Source: Centroscyllium fabricii | Taxonomy: Eukaryota | Assembly: GCA_051313645.2 (NCBI GenBank) | Contig: JBNRSN020000010.1 | Location: forward strand, 38,068,001-38,132,000 | DNA length: 64,000 nucleotides | Direction: 5' to 3' | Shown here: positions 1-9,855 of the stretch, piece by piece | Numbering within the stretch: the stretch's first letter is position 1 | How the letters are laid out: every line of letters begins with the position of its first letter | Notes under the pieces: generated by a model | Databases searched by the model: none | What the model was told of the DNA's origin: nothing | What the model saw: the letters and a program-made list of their open reading frames with translations, nothing else | Program-made: the position numbers and the translations under genes

Positions 1-289
1 TTATATGTACTCTTATTACCACCTTAATATTGTTACCAATATTACTTGTATGTATAGCGGCCGAGTGCATGACACAACTGTCCTGTATTGCGACACTGTC
101 GCAGGGTCAGGTCAGCCACACCTCTAACTCCTCCCCTCAGGTGAGTGCCTTATAGGTGGGGACTGACCTGCCCCCATTCATTCTGTACCTGATGTTCGAT
201 CGGAGCGTAGCTCCTTTGTAAGCTAATAAAAGCCTATAGTTAAGGTAACTACGCGTCTTTAGTTTTATTAGACTATTGACGATACGTCA
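1..289 (+). repeat. 5' LTR of Gypsy element 1 (cut by window start)
   Basis: Direct repeat of 4632-4920; AATAAA at 225-230; ends in CA. Confidence 0.97.
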
Positions 290-316
290 ATTTTATTAGC
301 TTAGAAAAATTCTAAA

Positions 317-1624
317 ATGGAGAGCGGCGCTGTAAAACCCGAAAAGCTGGACATTAGTCCACAGGACCCAGCCGCCGCCAACACCTTCAAACACTGGTTC
401 GGCCTCCTGGAGGCCTACATGGACGCCGCCAAGGCTACAACCGACGAGAACAAGCTACATGTTCTCCGGTCCAGGATCTCCAGCCAGGTATTCTCCTTCA
501 TCCGTGACGCCACAACGTACCCCGATGCGGTGGCTAAACTGAGGAAATGCTACGAGCGCCCGGTCCACTCAGTCTATGCCAGACATGTGCTCGCGACCAG
601 ACCACAACTACCGAGTGAGTCAAATGAGCAGTTCGAGCAAGCGCTCCAAGCGCTTGTCCGGGTCTGTGGCTGCCAACCACGGACGGCACAAGAGGAGGCG
701 AACCTCCTCGTCCGGGACGCCTATGTAACGGGACTCAGGTCCGCAGAGGCCCGCCAGCGGCTGCTGGAAAAAGACACTTTAACTCTGGAGGAGGCGATCT
801 CTATCGCCAACGCTGTGGAGGGCGCACGCTGCAAGCTGCAGGCGTACGGCGGCCCAAACCCACAGGCCGTCTACGACGCGTGGGCAGTCCCACAACGGGT
901 CGAGACCCCCACAATGGCAGCGGCAGCTGCGAGGACGCCGGCGGAGAAGAAATGCTACTTCTGCGGCCAGGGACTACACCTACGGGCGAAATGCCCAGCG
1001 AAGACCGCGACCTGCGAGAGGTGCTCGAAGAAAGGACACTACGCCAAGGCCTGCAGATCAGCCCCGGAGCCCAACTCCAGGTACAACAGCGCGGCCTGCG
1101 AAAGCTCCAACACCAGCCCTTGGCCTCAGGTAAGCTGCAACCGCAGCGCGACCCAGCGATGGTCCGGGGGTAGAGTACAAGCGCCCCCGTCTCCCACCCT
1201 GATGCGGCAGAGGCCGGCTGCACCCACGGCACGCCAAACTCAGCCACGGCCGGCCATGCGCGACCCCCCAACGCCGGCATCCCGCCCAGCGCGGCTCGCT
1301 GCGTGCGAATCACGGGCACCGCCAACCCAGCCACCGCGGCCCGCTGCGTGCGAACCACGGGCACCGCCACCGCATCTACAGCGGCCCGCCGCGTGCGAAC
1401 CACGGGCGCCGCCATCTTGTCTTCAGCGGCCAGCCATGTGCGACCCTCCGGCGCCGCCATCTTGTCTTCAGCGGCCAGCCATGTGCGACTCTCCGGCGCC
1501 GCCATTTTGTCCCCAGAGGCCGGCCATGTGCGCCGCCATCTTGTGTACGGCCCCGACCAGCGGAGGGCTCCCACACACACACACACACTTCGGCCTCAGC
1601 CATCCCGAAAGTCGATCAGGCTAG
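317..1624 (+). CDS. gag: gag of Gypsy element 1
   Basis: 435-aa ORF with a paired Cys/His knuckle region (CYFCGQGLHLRAKCPAKTATCERCSKKGHYAKAC), followed by Pro-rich 15-aa tandem repeats. Confidence 0.9.
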   Translation: MESGAVKPEKLDISPQDPAAANTFKHWFGLLEAYMDAAKATTDENKLHVLRSRISSQVFSFIRDATTYPDAVAKLRKCYERPVHSVYARHVLATRPQLPSESNEQFEQALQALVRVCGCQPRTAQEEANLLVRDAYVTGLRSAEARQRLLEKDTLTLEEAISIANAVEGARCKLQAYGGPNPQAVYDAWAVPQRVETPTMAAAAARTPAEKKCYFCGQGLHLRAKCPAKTATCERCSKKGHYAKACRSAPEPNSRYNSAACESSNTSPWPQVSCNRSATQRWSGGRVQAPPSPTLMRQRPAAPTARQTQPRPAMRDPPTPASRPARLAACESRAPPTQPPRPAACEPRAPPPHLQRPAACEPRAPPSCLQRPAMCDPPAPPSCLQRPAMCDSPAPPFCPQRPAMCAAILCTAPTSGGLPHTHTHFGLSHPESRSG

Positions 1625-4547
1625 GCCGCACACCCTATCAAATTCCATGATGGGGATTAAAGTCAACGGCCATGCCACTAACTGCCTGTTCGACACCGGA
1701 AGCACAGAGAGCTTCATTCACCCCGATACAGCGCAGCGCTATGGACTGCAGACCCTGCCCACGCGCTACCAGGTCTCCCTTGCTTCACAGTCCTACACCG
1801 CGGACGTCACCGGCTACTGCTCCGTCACGCTCACAGTTAAGGGCTGCGTGTACCGTAATTTTAAATTGTACATACTCAAGCAGTTGTGCGCCCCAGTCTT
1901 ACTGGGACTGGATTTCCAGTGCCACCTTAAGAGTTTGACAATGGAGTTCGGCGGGACCCTGCCCCCCCTCACCGTCAGTAGCCGGGACAATCTCTTCCCA
2001 AAGCGGAGCCCGGCCTGCGGCCTCTCCACCCTGAAAGTCGACCCCCCCTCACTGTTCGCTAACCTCGACCCCAACTGCAAGCCCATTGCTACTAAGAGTC
2101 GGCGGTACAGTGCAGGGGATCGGACGTTTATCAGGTCGGAGGTCGGGCGTATGCTGAAGGAGGGGATAATTGAAGCCAGCACCAGCCCCTGGCGGGCCCA
2201 GGTTGTAGTGGTTAAGACTGGCGAGAAACATCGGATGGTTATCGATTACAGCCAGACCATTAACCGCTACACCGGGCTCGATGCCTACCCCCTCCCCCGC
2301 ATCTCGGAAATGGTTAACCAGATCGCCCAATACAAGGTGTTCTCCACAATCGACCTTAAGTCGGCGTATCACCAACTCCCGATCCGGAAAGCCGACCGCC
2401 CGTACACCGCCTTCGAGGCGAACGGTCGGCTCTACCACTTCCTCCGGGTCCCCTTCGGCGTGACCAACGGGGTGTCGGTATTCTAGAGGGAGATGGACTG
2501 CATGGTTGACCAGAACGGGTTGCAGGCCACCTTCCCCTACCTGGACAACATGACCATCTGCGGCCATGACCAGCAGGACCACGATGCCAATCTGGCCAAA
2601 TTCCTCGACACGGCGAAACGGCTAGATCTCACATACAACAAAGACAAATGTGTCTTTAATACAGATCGGCACGCCATCCTCGGATACGTGGTGGAAAACG
2701 GGGTCCTCGGCCCCGACCCACAGCGTATGCGCCCCTTACAGGAACTGCCCCTTCCTCACAACCCCAAAGCCCTGAGGAGATGTCCGGGATTTTTCTCCTA
2801 TTACGCGCAATGGGTTCCCCAGTTCGCGGATAAGGCCAGACCGCTCCTTAAGGCTGCCGTCTTCCCCCTCTCGGTAGAAGCCCAAACGGCATTCGCCCGG
2901 ATCAAGGAAGATATTATCAAGGCGACCATGCACGCCGTTGATGAATCCATCCCTTTCCAGGTGGAGAGTGACGCTTCGGACTTTGCCCTTGCCGCCACCC
3001 TGAATCAGGCAGGCAGGCCCGTAGCGTTTTTCTCCCGCACCTTACAGGGACCCGAGATTCGCCACTCTGCAGTGGAAAAGGAGGCCCAGGCCATCGTGAA
3101 GGCCGTGCGCTACTGGCGTCATTACCTGGCCGGTAAGCGTTTTACCCTACTCACCGACCAACGGTCGGTCGCGTTTATGTTTAATAATAAACAAAAGGGT
3201 AAAATCAAGAATGATAAGATCCTGCGGTGGCGGATCGAGCTCTCGACTTACGAGTGCGACATTCTTTACCGACCAGGCAAACTCAATGAACCCCCGGACG
3301 CACTGTCCAGGGGAACGTGCACCAGTGCCCAGCTAGACCGGCTGAAGGAACTCCACGATCGCCTCTGCCATTCGGGTGTCACCAGACTTGCCCACTTCGT
3401 AAAATCCCGTAGCCTCCCCTACTCCATCACGGAGATCAAGGCTATGACCCGAGAGTGCCCTGTTTGCGCCGAGTGCAAACCCCAATTTTTCAGGCCAGGC
3501 ACGGCGCACCTCATTAAGGCCACCCGCCCCTTTGAACGTCTAAGCGTGAACTTCAAAGGCCCCCTCCCCACCACCGACCGCAACTCGTACTTCCTCACGG
3601 TCGTAGACGAGGTCTCCCGCTTCCCTTTCGCCTTCCCCTGCCCAGATATGACGAGCGCAACGGTGATCAAACACTTCACCACGCTGTTCGCTATTTTCGG
3701 TCTCCCCAGCTACATCCATAGCGACTGGGGGGCGTCGTTCATGAGCGACGAACTGCGTCAGTTTCTGCTCCAGAAAGGGGTTGCCTCAAGCAGAACGACC
3801 AGTTATAACCCCCGGGGGAACGGCCAGGTAGAAAGGGAGAACGGGATCATCTGGAAGGCGGTCAGCCTGGCTCTGAAGTCCAGAGGCCTTCCAGTGTCCC
3901 GTTGGCAGGCAGTCCTCCCTGATGCGCTGCACTCGATACGCTCTCTGTTGTGTACGGCCACCAATGCCACACCTCACGATTTACTCTTTTCCTTCCCCAG
4001 GAAGTCGACTTCGGGGACAGCCCTTCCACCGTGGCTCATGATGCCGGGGCCGGTCTTGCTTAGGAAGCACGTCCGCGGCCATAAGACCGACCCCCTGGTA
4101 GACAAGGTGCAGCTGCTGCACGCCAACCCGCAGTACGCGTACGTACAGTTCCCGGACGGGCGCGAGGACACCGTCTCCATCAGGGACCTAGCGCCCGCCG
4201 GGAGCACCACAGCAGAGCCCCTGGTTGGGCAGCAGCCCGCCCAGCCACTATATTTCGGCCACCTCCAGCCACTACATATCGACCACTGGCCGATACATGA
4301 CCCACAACCCACCGGAGGCTGGCCGCCACTACCGTATAGTTCGGAGCCCCCGCCATTGCCAGCTGAGGACCAAGACTCAGATGACCAGCTGCAGGCACAG
4401 CAGCAACCGCAGGGCTCGGCCCCACCGCCACCACCAGCACCTACAGTACCGGCACCAGCGCCGCCGCCACCACCGGCACCAGCGCCGCCGATGCTGCAGG
4501 AATCAGAACATTCGACAGAGATCCGGCGGTCCTCCAGACAGACGTGA
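1590..4547 (+). pseudogene. pol: pol of Gypsy element 1 (PR-RT-RNaseH-IN), interrupted by an in-frame TAG at 2484-2486
   Basis: Protease LFDTGS; RT motifs IDLKSAYHQ, PFGVTNG and YLDN; RNase H ESDASD; integrase HHCC (HDRLCH..CPVC) and core. ORFs 1647-2486 and 2493-4547 share one frame. Confidence 0.93.
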
Positions 4548-4620
4548 CCGCCGGATAAGCTAATCATGAACTGCTCTGTCCATTCACCCCGCCGGACTTG
4601 ATTTTCAAAGAAGGGGTGAA

Positions 4621-4920
4621 TGTGGTAACCGTTATATGTACTCTTATTACCACCTTAATATTGTTACCAATATTACTTGTATGTATAGCGGCCGAGTGCA
4701 TGACACAACTGTTCTGTATTGCGACACTGTCGCGGGGTCAGGTCAGCCACACCTCTAACTCCTCCCCTCAGGTGAGTGCCTTATAGGTGGGGACTGACCT
4801 GCCCCCATTCATTCTGTACCTGATGTTCGATCGGAGCGTAGCTCCTTTGTAAGCTAATAAAAGCCTATAGTTAAGGTAACTACGCGTCTTTAGTTTTATT
4901 AGACTATTGACGATACGTCA
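4621..4920 (+). repeat. 3' LTR of Gypsy element 1 (300 bp)
   Basis: TGTGGTAACC...GATACGTCA, preceded by a polypurine tract. Confidence 0.97.
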
Positions 4921-4982
4921 CTGTGTGTACTGAACGTTGTGCTACACACACACAGAGCTGTGTGTGCTGAACAGTGTGTTAC

Positions 4983-7900
4983 TGTAGCGTAGCTACCCGG
5001 GGAGCCCCTGGGTCTTCCCTTTAAGCCACAATCCCCATTTCACAGTCGGTCCCGCCTACATTTTCTTATTGGGCAGCCGGCGTCCCTGTCCTGGTTCCTG
5101 AGTGGCCTAAGAAACCGTCCATCACTTTTCCCACAATGCTTCGCGCTTTCGCGCTCTTTTCCAACAGTCGTTGTATGGAGTTGATGAATAAAGACCTGTT
5201 TTACCTGTGCTCCAGTGCACTGCGTTTCTTGGGTAAAAACTTTAAGTAGGAGGTTGGATAACTCCTACAATTGGTGACCCCGATGTCAGACAATGAACTG
5301 CCTGACCCGAACATGCAAAACACGGCTGCCCCGGATCCAGCTGCCGAACGGCCGTGGAACCTCAGCCTCCCCGCCTTCTGGGAACACCAAGCAGCCGCTT
5401 GGTTCCTCCAGGCAGAGGCCCAATTCGAGCTCCAGCGACTCAACAGCAATGCCGACCGCTACCTCCTCATCGTGGCAGCCCTGCCCAGCCACATCGCCGC
5501 GGACATCGTTGATCTACTGCGGCAACCGCCGCGCGATAACAGGTACAGGGCCTTGAAAGAACGCCTGCTACAGGCCCACGACCTGCCTGAGGACGTGTGG
5601 GCCCGGCAGCTCCTCGAACTTTCGGGACTGGGAGACTCTACCCCCACGCGCCTTATGAATCGAATGCTGGCCCTCCTCGGTGACCAGAAAAACTGCCCCT
5701 TGTTTCGGGCGCTGTTCATCAGCATGCTGCCACAGTCACTGCAAACAGCCTTAGCCAACTCAGACGGCCTAACCTACGCAGAGTTGGCCATCGTGGCAGA
5801 CCGCATCCAGCTCTGCGCGACCGCGGATTGCGCAGCCACGAGGCTCTCTCCGCCCATACGCAGGCCTACGCCACAACCGCAGACAGGCCTCTGCTACTAC
5901 CACGCACGGTTTGGCCCGCAGGCCCAGCGCTGCAGACCGCTTTGCTCCTTCGCGCCTAAACAAGCTGCTGCAGTGCAGCACCACACCGCCGACAAGGCCC
6001 AGCCGCTGCCAACGCTGTCGGCGCAGCAGGGAAGCTGCTTTTCGTCACTGACTCTCTCTCCGGGCGCAGATTCCTCTGCGACACCGGAGCCCAATGCAGC
6101 ATCCTTCCAGCCATGCAGCTTGACCAACAGGCCGGCCACACCGGCCGACCCCTCGTGGCGGTCAACGGTGCCGCCATTACCACCTTTGGTAAACGCCGGG
6201 CAGAGATATGCCTTGGTGGCCAGCGTTTCACATGGGACTTTTTCACAGCCGCAGAGGAACAACCACTGCTCAGCGCAGATTTTTTGTGTGCCCACGGCCT
6301 ACTTGTAGACGTCCGAGGCAGGCGCCGCATGGACGCTTCAACTTTCGCCTCCCTGCCCTGCCAACGGAGCAACAGCCAGACCCTTGTGAGCTCCTGCTCT
6401 TCTCCGCCCCGCTACAAATATGCAAGGTTACTGGCTGAGTTCCCAGGCATCACGCAACCAACGTTTTCGGCTGTGGCGGCCAAGCATGGCGTCCAGCACT
6501 ACGGGCCCGCTGGTTTTCGCCCGTGCTAGGCGCCTGGACCCCACCAAAATGGCAGTGGCCAAAGAAGAGTTCTCAGCGATGGAGAAGCTGGGAATTCTCC
6601 GCCCCTCCAACAGCCCATGGTCGTCCCCGCTCCACATCGTCCCCAAGCCCGGTGGCAGATGGCGCCCATGCAGGGATTACAGGCGCCTCAACGACGCCAC
6701 TACGCGGGACAGGTACCCTGTACCACATATCCAAGACTTTTCAGCGCACCTGGCGGGCAAGTCGATTTTTTCCAAGGTCGACCACATCAGAGGATACCAC
6801 CAGGTTCCGGTCCATCCAGACGACATTCCGAAGATGGCGGTTATCACCCCTTTCGGACTTTTTGAATTCCTCCGCATGCCTTTCGGTTTAAAAAATGCGG
6901 CGCAGGTTCTTCAACGCCTAATGGACTCTGTCCGTCGGGACTTGGACTTTTTGTATGTGTATCTGGATGATATATTGGTCGCGAGCACCAGCGAGTCGGA
7001 ATATGTTGTGCATTTGCACTCCCTCTTTGAGAGATTGGCCCATCATGGCCTAATTATCAATCCGGTTAAGGCGCTCCAGGAATTTCTGGGTATAATAAAC
7101 TTCTACCACCGTTTCCTCCCTAGCGCCGCCGCCATCATGCGCACCTTGTACGAAGCCACCAGAGGTAAGACCAGCAAGGACAACTTGTCCTGGACGGACG
7201 ACATGGCAAAGGCCTTTAGCCTAGCCAAGACAGCCTTGGCTGAAGTCACCCTTTTGGCCCATCCCATCCCGGGTGCTCCCCGGCACTCACCACCGATGCC
7301 TCGGATCACGCCATAGGCGCCGTGCAATAACAGTGGGTGGACGGTGCCTGGCAGCCCCTCGCATTTTTGAGCCGCCAACTGCGGAAAAATGAGCTCACCT
7401 ACAGCACCTTTGATCGGGAGCAGCTGGCTCTTCTTCTCGCAGTGCGGCATTTCCGTTTCCTACTGGAGGGTCGCCCATTCACCGCCTACGTGTACCATAA
7501 ACCCTCATTTTTGCTATGGCCAAGGTCACGGAACCCTGGTCAGGGCGCCAACAGCGCCACCTGAATTTTATCTTGGAATTTACCACCGACATCCGCCACG
7601 TGTCCGGCAAGGACAATGTCATAGCCGACTGCCTTTCCCAGCCTTCCCTCCACGCAGTCCAGGTCGGTGTTGACTATGCAGACATGGCGCAGGCTCAGCG
7701 GGCAGACGCTGAACTGCAGTCTCTTTGTTCTGCATCCACCGGCCTGACCCTGATGGACATTCATTTCCAGGCAGCCGGCACGACACTCTTATGTGACACT
7801 TCCGTGTCCCATCTCAGGCCGTTAGTGCCCACCTCGTGGCGCAGGCGCATCTTCGACCTGATCCACGGCCTTTCTCACCCGGGCATGCGAGCTTCCCAGA

Positions 7901-9855
7901 AGCTGATGTTCTCTAAATTTGTGTGACCCAGCCTGCACAAAGACGTGTGGGACTGGACTAACACCTGTCCCGATTGTCAGCGCGCCAAGGTGCACCAACA
8001 CACCAAGACTCCCCTGCAACACTTCCCGCTCCCCGAACGCAGGTTTGATCACGTCCACGTCGATTTGGTCGGCCCCTTACCCCATTCGCAGGGATTCACG
8101 CACCTCCTCACCATCGTCGACCGTACCACCAGGTGGCTGGAGGTCGTACCCTTGTCCTCCACTACCATGGCCGATGTGGCACGTGCCTTCATCTTTGCCT
8201 GGGTAGTCCGGTTCGGGGTCCCATCGGCCATAACCTCCGACAGAGGCCCGCAGTTCACCTTCCAACTGTGGGGCGCCATCGCCACAGGCCTGGGGACCAA
8301 GTTACACCACACAACGGCCTACCACCCCCAGGCCAACGGTATATGCGAACGTTTCCACCACGCCCTTAAGGCCTCGCACCGCGCCAGCTTGGCCGACGCC
8401 AAGTGGCTCGACAGACTCCCTTGGGTCCTGCTCGGATTGCGATCGGTGCCCATTTCAAAACTGAGATGAGGGGGAACTTCTTTACTCAGCGGGTGGTGCG
8501 GCTGTGGAATATGCTGCCCCAGAGAGCTGTAGAAGCTACTACGTTGAATAAATTTAAAACTGAGATAGACAGTTTCCTGGAATTAAAGGGAATTAGGGGT
8601 TATGGTGAACGGGCTGGTAAGGGGACGTGAGGCTAGGTTCAGATCGGCCATGTGATCTCCTGGACCAGTTTTCGATCGCCTAGATGGGTCGGAGAGGAAT
8701 TTTCCTGATTTTTTTTCTCTCAAAATTGGCTACTGGTTTTTTAAATCTGGTTTTTCACCTCTCCCAGGTGATCACATTGGTCTGGGCGGGGTGGAGAGTA
8801 AAAATAAAATTGAGGTTAGGATCAGATCAGCCATGATCTTGTTGAATGGCGGAGCAGGCTCGAGGGGCCGATTGGCCTACTCCTGCTCCTATTTCTTATG
8901 TTCTTATGTAAAGGCGACCTCGGCGTTTCTTCGACCAAACTCGTCCTGGGCCAACCCCTGCGCATCCCCGGGGAGTTCCTCCCCTCCGTCAATGAGGGTT
9001 GGTCGGCAGGCGAACAGCTAGCTCGTCACACGACGCAGCCCATCGTTTTCTTCCCGTGCCCACTTCGTCGCACGGGGTCCGGTCGTCCCATGTGCCCATT
9101 GAGCTCCACCAGGCCCAGTTCGTGTTCGTTCGCCGCGACGCACACAAGACACCTTTACAGGCGCTGTACACCGGCCCCTTCCGTGTCCTGGAGGCGGGTG
9201 ATAAAGCTTTTCTCCTCGCGGTTGGTGGTAGACGGGACCTCGTGTACATTGACCGGCTCAAAGCGGCCCAATTGGATCCCACTTGGTCTGAGCAATGTCC
9301 TTCGGGCCCCCGCATGGAATTTTCTTCCTCCACAAGTGAGGCTACGCCGGGCCCAGCCCCGGTCGAGCCCACCAATAGGGTTCCGTCTCCCGCACCGCCC
9401 CCGGTTCCCACACGGTTTCGCCCACAACTGCTGCGCCCCTGCAGGCCCTCAGCCCCGTCCATGGCACGCCCGTCCTTGCGTCACCCGCACCCGCGGGCTA
9501 TCACACATGCTCCGGCCGCCTGGTCAAGCCTCCTCAGAGGTTGACCTACCACGTTCATGAGGATTCTGGGGGGGCATATCTAGCGTAGCTACCCGGGGAA
9601 GCCCCTGGGTCTTCCCTTTAAGCCACAATCCCCATTTCACAGTCGGTCCCGCCTACATTTTCCTATTGGGCAGCCGGCATCCCTGTCCTGGTTCCTGAGT
9701 GGCCTAAGGAACGATCCATCACTTTTCCCACAATGCTTCACGCTCTTTTCCAACAGTCGTTGTATGGAGTTGATGAATAAAGACCTGTTTTACCTGTGCT
9801 CCAGTGCACTGCGTTTCTTTGGTAAAAACTTCTAGGAGGTTGGATAACTCCTACA
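4983..9855 (+). mobile_element. Ty3/Gypsy LTR retrotransposon 2 (CsRn1-like), degenerate
   Basis: LTRs 4983-5269 and 9579-9855; 4-bp TSD TTAC; PBS TGGTGACCCCGA at 5272 (tRNA-Trp 3' complement); gag CHCC motif CYYHARFGPQAQRCRPLC; PR FLCDTGA; RT YLDD; IN HVHVDLVGP/ITSDRG/ERFH. Multiple frameshifts and an RT deletion near 7070. Confidence 0.95.
8452..8909 (+). mobile_element. 5'-truncated CR1 LINE 3' end inserted in the integrase of Gypsy 2
   Basis: Encodes FKTEMRGNFFTQRVVRLWN and ends in a (TTCTTATG)n tail; the integrase reads LRSVP|KGDLG across the insert. Confidence 0.92.

Larger units (their letters stand above)
1..4920 (+). mobile_element. Ty3/Gypsy LTR retrotransposon 1 (Mag-like), nearly full length and very young, with a few disabling lesions
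   Basis: 5' LTR 1-289 (first 11 bp lie outside the window) and 3' LTR 4621-4920 (TG...CA) differ at 2 positions by eye. PPT AAAGAAGGGGTGAA precedes 4621. Domain order is gag-PR-RT-RH-IN. Confidence 0.97.

Noticed and set aside
188-215. Possible hammerhead in LTR1 (CTGATG followed by a hairpin)
   Set aside because: The core reads CTGATGT rather than CTGANGA, and no GAAA follows the stem.
801-1586. 261-aa antisense ORF in gag (and 3974-4567 antisense to integrase)
   Set aside because: Explained by GC-rich, repeat-containing sequence with few stops; no recognisable domain.
4548-4620. env-like third ORF or chromodomain in Gypsy 1
   Set aside because: Integrase ends in a Pro-rich tail about 70 bp before the 3' LTR, leaving no room and showing no motif.
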